64,000 nt of DNA from Frankiales bacterium (GTDB lineage Bacteria; Actinomycetota; Actinomycetes; Mycobacteriales; SCTD01). The notes below the pieces were generated by a model. That model worked only from the letters and a program-made list of their open reading frames with translations, ran no database searches and was not told the origin of the DNA. Location of the stretch: NCBI GenBank assembly GCA_025465135.1, contig JAODNA010000084.1:2599-66598 (forward strand). The letters are read 5' to 3'. Every line of letters begins with the position of its first letter. The first letter of the stretch is position 1. Shown here in pieces: positions 33,107-41,866 of the stretch. Made by a program: the position numbers and the translations under genes.

Positions 33107-34714
33107 GTGCGCACCACCACCAGCACTTCAGGCATCACCGGCAAGGCCCGCCGCGCGCCCGTCGTCACGACGCTCGCGGCCCTCTGCCTCGCCCTTCCCA
33201 TGAGCGGCATCTTCGGTGGCACGGCTTTCGCCACTAACGACAAGGCCGCCTCGGATCACGGCGCGTCCTCCGCGCCCGGCCAGCAGAAGAAGGCCGACCC
33301 GGGCAGCAGCAGCGCCACCACCGCGAGCACCGACTCGAGCACGAGCAGCGCCAGCAGCTCCGCGGACAGCACGCCCGGCAACAGCGACCACAGCCAGGGC
33401 AACGCCTCCACGAGCGGCAGCTACAACCAGCCGCAGCCCTACTCGAACGCGGACAGCAACAACACCGGCGCCAACGACACGTCGGCCTCCAACCCCTACC
33501 GCTCGACCCGCGACGGGTCGCCGTCGATGAACGGCAACGGCGGTGGCAACGCGGGCGGCAAGCCATGCGCCGGCTGTGTGGGCAAGGCCGACAACAAGAA
33601 CCCGAAGGGTCAGGCGCCCGGCGGCTCGGACCACAACAACGGCTACGAGTGCGATGGCAACAACGGCATCGGAAAGGGCAACCCGGCCCACACCGGCTGC
33701 ACCACCGGCGGGACGACACCGCCTCCGCCGAGCTGTGTCCCGACGGCGGCCAACCACCACTGCGACACCGACACGCCTCCGCCGGGCTGTGTCCCGACGG
33801 CGGCCAACCACCACTGCGACACCGACAAGGCCTGCCCGAACGGCAGCCCGATGCCGGCCAGCGGCGACTGCGGGGGTGGTGACCACGGCAACAAGAACGA
33901 CAAGGTCACCATCTGCCACGCGACCGGCTCCGCGAGCAACCCCTTCGTCGTCATCACGCCGAACAAGAACGGCGTCGTGCACGGCCACGCCAAGCACGGT
34001 GACGACATCATCCCGCCGTTCGACTACAACGACCACGGCGTGACGAAGCACTTCCCCGGCCTGAACTGGACGGCTGCCAACCAGGCCGCGTTCCACAACG
34101 GCTGCAGCGTGCCGGCAGCCCCGAAGTGCCCGAACGGCTCGGCGATGCCGGCCTCAGGGAACATCGCAGACTGCACCCCGCCGGTTGTCTGCCCGGCCGG
34201 TTCGACGATGGTCAACGGCGTCTGCACCCCGCCGGTCGTGTGCCCGGCCGGTTCGACGATGGTCAACGGCGTCTGCACCCCGCCGGTCGTGTGCCCGTCC
34301 GGTTCGACGATGGTCAACGGCGTCTGCACCCCGCCGGTCGTCTGCCCTGAGGGAACGCAGATGGCACCTGGGGCGACCAGCTGCACGCCGCCGCTGGTGT
34401 GCCCCAACGGTGCGATGGTCGGACCCATCGTGCCCGGCACGGCTCGTCCGGGCTGCCCGATCGAGGGGGGCACCGGCAACGGCGCGCAGACCCCGCCGGT
34501 GTCCGCACCCGTCCCGACCGTCATCGGTCAGGGCACCACGCCGCAGGCCGTGCAGGGCGGCACGCCCACGCCGGCCGTCGTGTCGGCCCGGCCGACGGCG
34601 CTGCCCTTCACCGGCAGCAACGCCGGCCTGCTCGCCGAGGGCGCTGCGCTGATGCTCCTCATCGGCACCGGCCTCGTCGTGGCCGCTCGCCGGAAGGTGG
34701 CTCTCGCCGCCTAG
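33107..34714 (+). CDS. LPXTG-anchored Cys-rich repeat surface protein
   Basis: GTG 33107 aligned with ATG 31507. Signal peptide ...IFGGTAFA, Ser/Asn-rich region, CVPTAANHHCDTD x2, ICHATGSASNPFVVITP motif, CTPPVVCPAGSTMVNGV x3-4. C-terminus LPFTGSN + hydrophobic segment + RRK. Confidence 0.85.
   Translation: MRTTTSTSGITGKARRAPVVTTLAALCLALPMSGIFGGTAFATNDKAASDHGASSAPGQQKKADPGSSSATTASTDSSTSSASSSADSTPGNSDHSQGNASTSGSYNQPQPYSNADSNNTGANDTSASNPYRSTRDGSPSMNGNGGGNAGGKPCAGCVGKADNKNPKGQAPGGSDHNNGYECDGNNGIGKGNPAHTGCTTGGTTPPPPSCVPTAANHHCDTDTPPPGCVPTAANHHCDTDKACPNGSPMPASGDCGGGDHGNKNDKVTICHATGSASNPFVVITPNKNGVVHGHAKHGDDIIPPFDYNDHGVTKHFPGLNWTAANQAAFHNGCSVPAAPKCPNGSAMPASGNIADCTPPVVCPAGSTMVNGVCTPPVVCPAGSTMVNGVCTPPVVCPSGSTMVNGVCTPPVVCPEGTQMAPGATSCTPPLVCPNGAMVGPIVPGTARPGCPIEGGTGNGAQTPPVSAPVPTVIGQGTTPQAVQGGTPTPAVVSARPTALPFTGSNAGLLAEGAALMLLIGTGLVVAARRKVALAA
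34171..34380 (+). repeat. Intragenic 51-bp tandem repeat (3 full copies plus diverged copies)
   Basis: ctgcaccccgccggtcgtgtgcccggccggttcgacgatggtcaacggcgt. Period 51 (34171, 34222, 34273). Confidence 0.85.
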
Positions 34715-34729
34715 CACCACCCGCTCTGC

Positions 34730-34766
34730 ACGACGGGCCCTCGCCGATTCGGCGAGGGCCCGTCGT
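34730..34766. terminator. Perfect 16-bp-stem hairpin between the LPXTG gene and tRNA-Ser
   Basis: acgacgggccctcgcc-gattc-ggcgagggcccgtcgt, followed by cgtt. Confidence 0.7.
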
Positions 34767-34774
34767 CGTTCCGG

Positions 34775-34860
34775 CGGAGGATGCGAGATTCGAACTCGCG
34801 AGGGGTTGCCCCCAACACGCTTTCCAAGCGTGCGCCATAGGCCAACTAGGCGAATCCTCC
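34775..34860 (-). tRNA. tRNA-Ser (anticodon GGA), CCA not encoded
   Basis: The reverse complement gives acceptor ggaggat/atcctcc, anticodon loop ttGGAaa, a long variable arm and T-loop gagttcgaatctc. Confidence 0.92.
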
Positions 34861-34954
34861 TGGGTCCCCCCAGGGGGGCGGACGCGGTTGATCCTAGCCG
34901 CGCCGTACGCGGTGGAAAGCGTCGACCGCCGGTGCCCGCCGTACGTCTAGAGTG

Positions 34955-35056
34955 ACGTCAGACCCCTCGTGCGGCGCCCATCTCGCTGAACTCCCCCAGG
35001 GCCGGAAGGCAGCAAGGGCAGGCGGGCTCTGGGCGGGTGTGCGAGGGGTCCTTACT
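34955..35056 (+). ncRNA. ffs: Signal recognition particle RNA (small bacterial type, 4.5S-like); ends approximate
   Basis: Conserved domain IV sequence cagggccggaaggcagcaagggcagg. Closing helix gacccctcg...cgaggggtc. Canonical position between tRNA-Ser and dnaX. Confidence 0.85.
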
Positions 35057-35074
35057 TCCGCAGGAGGACCGCAC

Positions 35075-36991
35075 GTGAGCCTGGCGCTGTATCGCAAGTA
35101 CCGGCCCGGGACGTTCGCGGAGCTCAAGGGCCAGGAGCACGTCACCGGCCCCCTGCAGCAGGCACTGCGCAACGGCCGCATCCACCACGCTTACCTGTTC
35201 AGCGGGCCGCGTGGCTGCGGCAAGACCTCCAGCGCGCGCATCCTCGCGCGCAGCCTGAACTGCGAGAAGGGCCCGACGCCCGACCCCTGCGGCGTCTGCG
35301 ACTCGTGCGTCGCGCTCGCGCCCAACGGCCCGGGCAGCCTCGACGTCGTCGAGATCGACGCGGCTTCGCACGGCGGTGTCGACGACGCCCGCGACCTGAG
35401 GGACCGCGCCTTCTACTCGCCGGTCGCGAGCCGCTTCAAGGTCTACATCATCGACGAGGCCCACATGGTCTCCCGGGAGGGCTTCAACGCCCTGTTGAAA
35501 CTGGTCGAGGAGCCACCGGAGTTCCTGCGGTTCGTGTTCGCGACGACGGAGCCCGAGAAGGTGCTCGCGACGATCCGCTCGCGGACGCACCACGACCCCT
35601 TCCGGCTGATGCCCCGCCGGGAGCTGACCGAGCTGCTGCAGGACGTCGTCGACAAGGAGGGCATCGCCGTCGACAGGACGGTGCTGCCACTCGTCGTGCG
35701 CGCGGCCGCCGGCTCTGCCCGTGACGGCCTGTCGATCCTCGACCAGGTGCTGGCATCGGCCGGGGCCGACGGCGTGACGCGGGAGGCAGCGGCCGGTCTG
35801 CTCGGTGTCACTCCTGACACCCTGCTCGACGACGTGGTCGACGCGTTCGCTGCCCGTGACAGCGCTGCGGTCTTCGGGGCCGTCGACCTGGTGATGGAGC
35901 GCGGTCACGACCCACGGCGCTTCGCGCAGGACGTCTTGGAGCGGCTACGCGACCTCGTCGTTCTGGACGCCGTGCCCGACGCCGGCGACAAGGGACTGCT
36001 CGACTGCCCCGCCGACCAGCTCGAGCGGATGGGCCGGCAGGCCACGATGCTCGGCACCGCCGGCCTCTCGCGTGCGGCCGACCTGTTCCACGAGGGCCTG
36101 ACCGAGATGCGCGGTACGACGGCGCCGCGCCTGCTGCTCGAGCTCGTGTGCGCCCGCGTGCTCCTCCCAGCTGCTGCGCACGACGCCGGCTCGGTGCTCA
36201 CGCGCATCGAGCGGCTGGAGCGCCGCCTCGACATCGCGACCCCGAGCTCGGGAGCGGTGCCGGCAGCGCACCCCCCTTCCGTCGCGTCAGAGGCCCCACG
36301 CGGCAGCGGTGCACCCGTCGACGGACGCACCGACCCGCAACCGCCGTCGGAGTCGCAGTCGAAGCCGCAGTCGCAGTCGAAGCCGCAGCCGCAGTCGCCG
36401 CCGGCTCCGGTGACGTGGCCGAGCACGGCGCCGCTGGGCGGGGACGACGCCGCTGCACCGGAGACCGCACCGACGGACGCATCCGCGATCGCCACCGCTG
36501 CGGCTGCACCGGAGGACGCGCCGACGGCTGGATTGGACGCGGCGGCGCTGCGCCGGTCCTGGGACGCGGTGCTCGATGCGGTGAAGACGCGCAAGCGCAC
36601 GACCCACGCACGTCTGCTCGACGCGCAGGTGCTGCACGTGCGCGGTCGCCTGCTCACCATGGGCTTCACGACTCCCACCCTGGCCAAGCAGTTCAAGGAC
36701 AGCGTCAACATCGAGGTGCTCCGCGAGGCGCTGGCCGAGGCGATCGGGGCGGACCTCGACGTCGACTGCGTGGTGGCAGGAGCGGCCGCGCCGCCGCCGA
36801 GCACGCCGACGTCGCAGGCGGCCGGTCCACCGCCCACGGCGCACGAGGGCTTCGCTCCGGGCGACGAGGCTGTTGCGGAAGACCCGGACGCACCGCCTGC
36901 GCCGGACCGTGTCCTGAACGGGGAGGACGCCGCCTTGCGTCTCATCGAGAGCGAGCTCGGTGGCAAGGTCGTCGGAACCGTCGGCGAGTAG
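35075..36991 (+). CDS. dnaX: DNA polymerase III subunits gamma/tau
   Basis: VSLALYRKYRPGTFAELKGQEHV, GPRGCGKTS, Zn module CGVCDSC, IIDEAHM. GTG 35075 after caggagg. The upstream part of the track ORF covers the SRP RNA. Confidence 0.95.
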   Translation: MSLALYRKYRPGTFAELKGQEHVTGPLQQALRNGRIHHAYLFSGPRGCGKTSSARILARSLNCEKGPTPDPCGVCDSCVALAPNGPGSLDVVEIDAASHGGVDDARDLRDRAFYSPVASRFKVYIIDEAHMVSREGFNALLKLVEEPPEFLRFVFATTEPEKVLATIRSRTHHDPFRLMPRRELTELLQDVVDKEGIAVDRTVLPLVVRAAAGSARDGLSILDQVLASAGADGVTREAAAGLLGVTPDTLLDDVVDAFAARDSAAVFGAVDLVMERGHDPRRFAQDVLERLRDLVVLDAVPDAGDKGLLDCPADQLERMGRQATMLGTAGLSRAADLFHEGLTEMRGTTAPRLLLELVCARVLLPAAAHDAGSVLTRIERLERRLDIATPSSGAVPAAHPPSVASEAPRGSGAPVDGRTDPQPPSESQSKPQSQSKPQPQSPPAPVTWPSTAPLGGDDAAAPETAPTDASAIATAAAAPEDAPTAGLDAAALRRSWDAVLDAVKTRKRTTHARLLDAQVLHVRGRLLTMGFTTPTLAKQFKDSVNIEVLREALAEAIGADLDVDCVVAGAAAPPPSTPTSQAAGPPPTAHEGFAPGDEAVAEDPDAPPAPDRVLNGEDAALRLIESELGGKVVGTVGE

Positions 36992-36998
36992 CCCCGAC

Positions 36999-38420
36999 TC
37001 AACCGCCGTTGCGGATGTCCCAGACCGTCGTGTCGACTGTCACCGGCTGACCGGCAGGTGACAGGAAGGCACCGGCGCTCGCGCGCCACGCGGCCAGTGA
37101 CGGATTCGTCAGATCCCGGTCGACGGCCGCAGCGCCGCCGAGGTAGGTCGTCGAGATCGCGTGGTTGAGCCCGACGTCGCAGCTCTGGGACTCGAACACG
37201 ACGGTGACGCGGTTGGCGTCGGGGGGCGATGTCTCGCCATCGAGCTGCGGCACGACGTCGTAGCGGTTCTCCAGGGCCAGCACGGAGACCGACGCGGGGA
37301 CGGGCATGCGCGCGATCGGTGAGCCCGCCGTGACGACGTGCGTCACCGTGAACCTGCCGTCCTGGGCGTACTGCTCCGCGGCGCGCATCGCGACCAACCC
37401 ACCCTGGCTGTGGCCCACGAGCATGACCGGCTCATCGCGACCGACCCCGGCGAGCTCGAGGGCGCGGGTGAGCCCATCGACCCGGGCGCTGTGGTCTCCG
37501 GCCATCGTCGTCAGGTTGGTCGCCAGATCGTTGAGGTGGTCACGCCGGCGCGGGTCGACCTGCCAGTCCTTGGTGCCTGGAAGGTCGACGATCCAGGACG
37601 TCGTCGTCGCGCCGTCGGCGCCGACGCGGCTCAGCCTGCGGATGTCGATCTCGCCCTGGCCCTGCCCTTGGGACAGGTCGTCGCGGTGACCGAGCGCGGT
37701 GATCAGGTCACCGACGTTGCGAGGCGCCGGCGGCGCGGACGTGTCGGTGCCGCGACCGGCGACCGTTGCAGATCCGGCCGGATAGAGCATGGCGACCAGC
37801 CCGGCGGCGTGCTCGAGCGAGGACCCGGGTGACGCGAGGTGACCCGGCGCGACCAGGGCGGCGATGAGCCCGGCCGGGCCGAGGCTGAGGTCGAGGATGC
37901 CGGCCAGGAGGGACGGCGCTGCACCGGACGCCTCCTCGGCGACCCCCGGGTGTGCGGACAGGAAGCCGTCGAGATGTCCGCCCCTCACCCAGCCGGCGGT
38001 GGCGATGCCGGCCGGTGAGACGGCGAGGAAGGGAAGCATCGGAAGCGACAGGACCAGGGCGGTGCTCTCGGCCCAGTGGCGGAGGTCGTCGAGGCGCGCG
38101 TCCAGGCGGTCGGCGGCGGCGTAGCGGAGCACCGCGGCATGCAGCGACAGGCTTCGGCCCTCCAACCGGCCGGCCGTCAGGAGCAGTCCGTGCGGACCCA
38201 GGACGGCTGCCAGGACGGCTGCCTCGACCCGCGCGAACCCACCCGGATCGAGGACCGCGCTCGCCAGCAACCCGGTATCAGCCAGGATGCGTCGGGCGTT
38301 GAGTGCGGTGTCGGCGACGTCGAGCGCCGCGAGCTCCAGCACGTGGGCAGCGGCTGCCAGGTCGTCGTACTCGACATCGAGCCCGCCGGCGCCGCCGCTG
38401 ACGTCGATCGTGCTGGTCAC
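36999..38420 (-). CDS. Alpha/beta hydrolase (lipase/esterase-like, GHSQGG) with a ~290-aa N-terminal helical domain; candidate secreted effector
   Basis: GTG 38420 (VTSTIDVSGGAGGLDVEYDDLAAAAHVLE...) overlaps the upstream stop (GTGA). C-terminal region has VMLVGHSQGGLVAMRAAE and AGSPIARMP. The remaining 310 aa of the track ORF overlap the next two genes in other frames. Confidence 0.7.
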   Translation of the reverse strand: MTSTIDVSGGAGGLDVEYDDLAAAAHVLELAALDVADTALNARRILADTGLLASAVLDPGGFARVEAAVLAAVLGPHGLLLTAGRLEGRSLSLHAAVLRYAAADRLDARLDDLRHWAESTALVLSLPMLPFLAVSPAGIATAGWVRGGHLDGFLSAHPGVAEEASGAAPSLLAGILDLSLGPAGLIAALVAPGHLASPGSSLEHAAGLVAMLYPAGSATVAGRGTDTSAPPAPRNVGDLITALGHRDDLSQGQGQGEIDIRRLSRVGADGATTTSWIVDLPGTKDWQVDPRRRDHLNDLATNLTTMAGDHSARVDGLTRALELAGVGRDEPVMLVGHSQGGLVAMRAAEQYAQDGRFTVTHVVTAGSPIARMPVPASVSVLALENRYDVVPQLDGETSPPDANRVTVVFESQSCDVGLNHAISTTYLGGAAAVDRDLTNPSLAAWRASAGAFLSPAGQPVTVDTTVWDIRNGG

Positions 38421-39043
38421 GACAGCGCCGCCCCGACGAACGGGGCCACGCAGGCGCCGAGGTCGGCCGGAGCGACCGGCCGGACGACGGCCCAGCGCAC
38501 CCCGTCGCGGACCTCCGCCGGCTCCAGCGACAGCCAGCCCGACGCGGTCGCCAGCCACACCACGTGACCCATCACGTGCGGCGGCGCAACCACCGTCGCG
38601 CGCAGCGTGCCCAGCACGGCGTCGACGAGCCCCGGTGACCGCGCGACGTCGGCCAGCGGCAGGTGGAGCTCCGCAGCCCGGCCCGTGCCGAGCGGCGGCA
38701 CGCAGCGGGCCAGCTCCTCGCCGAGGCGCAGCGGCGACCACGCGGACACCTCGCGCCCGTCTTCGCCGACCCTCATCACCGATGCGCCCAGCTCGCCACG
38801 GATCCCGAAAGCAGCCGCCACACCGCCCAGCGTCGACACGTGGACCCCGACCCTCGGGGCACAGGTCACCGCGAGTCCGGCAGCCAGGGCCGGCGGGACC
38901 ACACCGTCCATCAGCACGCCCGCGGTGCTGATCGGTCGCGGCGCGCGGTCGATGCCGGGTGGCAGCCGCAGGCCGAGCCGCGCACACAAGGACGCTGTCT
39001 CGCCGGGCTGCAGCGCGAGCCGCCGGGCCAGCAGCGCCGTCAC
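38417..39043 (-). CDS. Hypothetical protein, possibly an EspG-like chaperone
   Basis: 208 aa from GTG 39043, with GTGA overlaps at both ends. The weak EspG-like pattern rests on my judgement only. Confidence 0.45.
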   Translation of the reverse strand: MTALLARRLALQPGETASLCARLGLRLPPGIDRAPRPISTAGVLMDGVVPPALAAGLAVTCAPRVGVHVSTLGGVAAAFGIRGELGASVMRVGEDGREVSAWSPLRLGEELARCVPPLGTGRAAELHLPLADVARSPGLVDAVLGTLRATVVAPPHVMGHVVWLATASGWLSLEPAEVRDGVRWAVVRPVAPADLGACVAPFVGAALS

Positions 39044-39372
39044 GGGAGCACGCCCTCCAGCGCCGACACGGCGGACACCACGAGGCGCTTGGCCGCCCGC
39101 TCCACCGCGAGGAGACGCGCGATCTCCGCGCGGACAGCGTCGGCGTGCCCGCGCATCGCGGCGGCTGCGTCGTCGAGCTCCCCGGCCGCCCGGTCGAGGA
39201 TGCCGGCCTCGCCAGAGACGGAGGCGTGGAAGGCGTCGGCGGCCGGACCACGCCACCGCAGCCAGGTCGACGACCCGCGCACGACCCGGGCACGGTCGCG
39301 CGTCTCCGCTGCGGCCGCGGACAGCTGCGCCCCGAGCCGGTCGAGGTCATCGGGGTCGCCGTACCGGGACAT
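39040..39372 (-). CDS. WXG-like helical protein homologous to the N-terminus of the toxin at 12018..13493
   Basis: MSRYGDPDDLDRLGAQL...WLRWRGPAADAFHASV...AAAAMRGHADAVRAEIA aligns with GDPAQVEWLAREY...GAWVGPAGDAFRKAI...CLSDYARVLRDAQA. Confidence 0.65.
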   Translation of the reverse strand: MSRYGDPDDLDRLGAQLSAAAAETRDRARVVRGSSTWLRWRGPAADAFHASVSGEAGILDRAAGELDDAAAAMRGHADAVRAEIARLLAVERAAKRLVVSAVSALEGVLP

Positions 39373-39484
39373 GCGGTGAGGGTGACAGCGAAACCCGGAC
39401 CAGGCGGCGGCCTGGCCTGCGACTGTGGACAACCGTTGGCCCTAGGCTCGGTCCCGACCCCAGACGGGCCACCAGGGAGACACG

Positions 39485-39811
39485 ATGCCGGCGCAGCCGA
39501 ACATGCAGCAGCTGATGAAGCAGGCCCAGAAGATGCAGCAGCAGATGCTCTCGGCCCAGCAGGAGCTCGCAGCCACCGAGGTGAGCGGTACGGCGGGTGG
39601 TGGCCTCGTCACCGCGACGGTCACGGGGGCGGGTGAGGTGCTGAGCGTCAAGATCGACCCCAAGGCCGTCGACCCGGACGACGTCGAGAGCCTGGAGGAC
39701 CTCGTCGTCGCCGCCATCCGCGACGCCAACCGCGCCGCCGCCGCGCTCGCCGACGAGAAGATGGGGCCCTTGACCGCAGGGATGGGCGGCCTCGGCCTGC
39801 CCGGCATGTAG
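39485..39811 (+). CDS. ybaB: YbaB/EbfC-family nucleoid-associated protein
   Basis: [16 protein letters not shown]...[27 protein letters not shown]. Confidence 0.93.
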   Translation: MPAQPNMQQLMKQAQKMQQQMLSAQQELAATEVSGTAGGGLVTATVTGAGEVLSVKIDPKAVDPDDVESLEDLVVAAIRDANRAAAALADEKMGPLTAGMGGLGLPGM

Positions 39812-40411
39812 ATGTATGAAGGCGCCGTACAGGACCTGATCGACGAGCTCGGCCGATTGCCCGGCGTGGGTCCGAAGAGCGCTCAGCGGATCGCCTTCCA
39901 CCTGCTCGCTGCCGACCCGGTCGACGTGCGCCGGCTGGTGTCCGCCCTGACCGAGGTGAAGGAGAAGGTGCGGTTCTGCCGGATCTGCTGCAACGTCAGC
40001 GAGCAGGACGAGTGCCGCGTCTGCCGTGACCCGCGACGCGACCTCACGGTGATCTGCGTCGTCGAGGAGCCCAAGGATGTCGTCGCGATCGAGAAGACGC
40101 GCGAGTTCCGTGGTCGCTACCACGTGCTGGGCGGTGCCATCTCACCGATCGAGGGCGTCGGTCCGGACGACCTTCGGGTGCGCGAGCTGATGGTGCGACT
40201 GCAGGACGGATCGGTGACCGAGCTGATCCTCGCCACCGACCCCAACCTCGAGGGGGAGGCGACGGCGACCTACCTCGCCCGCCTGGTCAAGCCGATGGGG
40301 CTGCGCGTGACGCGGCTGGCAAGCGGGCTGCCCGTGGGGGGCGACCTGGAGTACGCCGACGAGGTGACACTCGGCCGTGCGTTCGAGGGCAGGAGACAGG
40401 TCGATGTCTGA
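39812..40411 (+). CDS. recR: Recombination protein RecR
   Basis: [17 protein letters not shown], Zn finger [16 protein letters not shown], Toprim [14 protein letters not shown]. Confidence 0.95.
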   Translation: MYEGAVQDLIDELGRLPGVGPKSAQRIAFHLLAADPVDVRRLVSALTEVKEKVRFCRICCNVSEQDECRVCRDPRRDLTVICVVEEPKDVVAIEKTREFRGRYHVLGGAISPIEGVGPDDLRVRELMVRLQDGSVTELILATDPNLEGEATATYLARLVKPMGLRVTRLASGLPVGGDLEYADEVTLGRAFEGRRQVDV

Positions 40412-40937
40412 CGCTCAGCTGGCACAGGACGTGGCGCTCGACGTCCGGTCCTTCCTCGAGACGCTCGAAGCGGTTGCTGCGGGTGAGGCGGGCGACGCCT
40501 CCATCTCGCTGCTGCTGCTGGACGTCGCGCGCATCTGCGTCGCGGGAGCGCAGCTCGGCGCCCTCACGGACGTCATCCTGGAGTCCAACGTCGAGCCGGT
40601 GGTGCAGTCGGTCCCCGATGTCGACGCCCTGCGCGTCCGGCTCGCGGAGGAGCTCGAGCCGATCGACGAGTACACCGAGGTCTTCGACCCGTACGGCGAC
40701 AACGAGCTCGTGCCGTACTTCCTGTCCGACGACCTCACCGAGATCGCGGGAGACCTCGTCCACGGCCTGCGGCACTTCGACGCCGGCCGGGTCGAGGAGT
40801 CGTTGTGGTGGTGGCAGTTCACCTACCTCAACCACTGGGGCACGCACGCCGGTGCCGCCTTGCGCGCGCTGCAGTCGGTCGTCGCGCATGCACGACTGGA
40901 CGCGTTGCCCGAGCCCGCCCTCGACCTCGGGGAGTGA
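40404..40937 (+). CDS. DUF5063-family protein
   Basis: ATG 40404 overlaps the recR end. Acidic protein ending ...[22 protein letters not shown], commonly found downstream of recR in Actinobacteria. Confidence 0.7.
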   Translation: MSDAQLAQDVALDVRSFLETLEAVAAGEAGDASISLLLLDVARICVAGAQLGALTDVILESNVEPVVQSVPDVDALRVRLAEELEPIDEYTEVFDPYGDNELVPYFLSDDLTEIAGDLVHGLRHFDAGRVEESLWWWQFTYLNHWGTHAGAALRALQSVVAHARLDALPEPALDLGE

Positions 40938-41815
40938 CCGAGCTCCGGCCGCTCCGGGCCGACGACGTCGAAGCGGCGGATGCGATGGCGTTCGCGTCGC
41001 TGCGTGAGGCTGTCGCGGTCTACCAGCCGGGGGCGCCCCGCTGGCCGGACCGGTCCGAAGAGCGGACCGCGCAGGCGCGGCTGCGCATCGCCCATCTGCG
41101 CGAGACAGACCCGGACGGCGCGTGGGTCGCGGTCGACGGGGAGCAGGTCGTCGGGCTTGCGCTGTCGCTGCGCCGCGGCCCGATGTGGTTCCTGTCGCTG
41201 CTCGCGGTGGACACCGCACTGCAGTCGCGTGGCGTCGGCAAGTCCCTGCTCGAAGCGGCGCTGCGGACGTCGGAGGGAGCGGGCGCAGCCTGGATCCTCG
41301 CGACCACCGACCCGAAGGCGCTGCGCCGCTACGCGGTCGCCGGCTTTGCGCCGCATCCCGGATACACCGCCGTCGGACCCCTGGACCGTTCGCTGCTCCC
41401 CGCCGGGCTCGCCGTACGTGACGGCGACTGGTCTCAGGATGCGGAGCTCGTGGAGGACGTCGTCACCGCACTTCGGGGCGCGCCGTATGGACCTGATCTC
41501 GACGCCATGCGCGCGACCGGGCAGCAGCTCGTCACCGCATCGGACGGCGCGGACCGCGGCTTCCTCGTCCTGCGCGCCGGTACGGTCGGCTCGCTCGGGG
41601 CCACGTCACCGGCCCTCGCGCAGCGGCTCCTGTGGGAGGCGCTGGCCCGCGCCGACAAGCCGGACATCACGATCGACTGGTTGACAGCGGATCAGCAGTG
41701 GGCCATCGACGTGGCACTCGCCGCGAGGCTGTCGCTGCTGTCGGGCCCGTCGTCCTGCCGGCGCAGCGCTCTCGGCCCGCTGACCCCCTACCTCCCGGGT
41801 GGGGCCTACGGCTGA
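40934..41815 (+). CDS. GNAT-family N-acetyltransferase
   Basis: GTG 40934 (GTGA overlap). Acetyl-CoA motif LLAVDTALQSRGVGKSLLEAAL. Confidence 0.75.
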   Translation: MTELRPLRADDVEAADAMAFASLREAVAVYQPGAPRWPDRSEERTAQARLRIAHLRETDPDGAWVAVDGEQVVGLALSLRRGPMWFLSLLAVDTALQSRGVGKSLLEAALRTSEGAGAAWILATTDPKALRRYAVAGFAPHPGYTAVGPLDRSLLPAGLAVRDGDWSQDAELVEDVVTALRGAPYGPDLDAMRATGQQLVTASDGADRGFLVLRAGTVGSLGATSPALAQRLLWEALARADKPDITIDWLTADQQWAIDVALAARLSLLSGPSSCRRSALGPLTPYLPGGAYG

Positions 41816-41866
41816 GCCGAGAGGGCCGGGCAGGAATGCCGACGGCTGTGCCGAAACCCCCGGGGC

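Noticed and set aside
27774-34860. Integrated mobile element or prophage at the tRNA-Ser genes
   Set aside because: I found no integrase, transposase, phage gene or duplicated tRNA 3' fragment. The cluster is reported only as a possibly variable locus.
36999-39350. 783-aa minus-strand ORF
   Set aside because: Its first ~310 aa are Arg/Ala/Gly-rich and overlap two better-supported genes (38417..39043 and 39040..39372) in other frames. The hydrolase starts at GTG 38420.
11725-39372. A complete type VII secretion system in the window
   Set aside because: Only substrate-like genes (EspC-like, WXG-like, toxin, possible EspG-like) are present. No EccB/C/D/E, mycosin or FtsK-like ATPase genes are visible, so the secretion route remains an inference.
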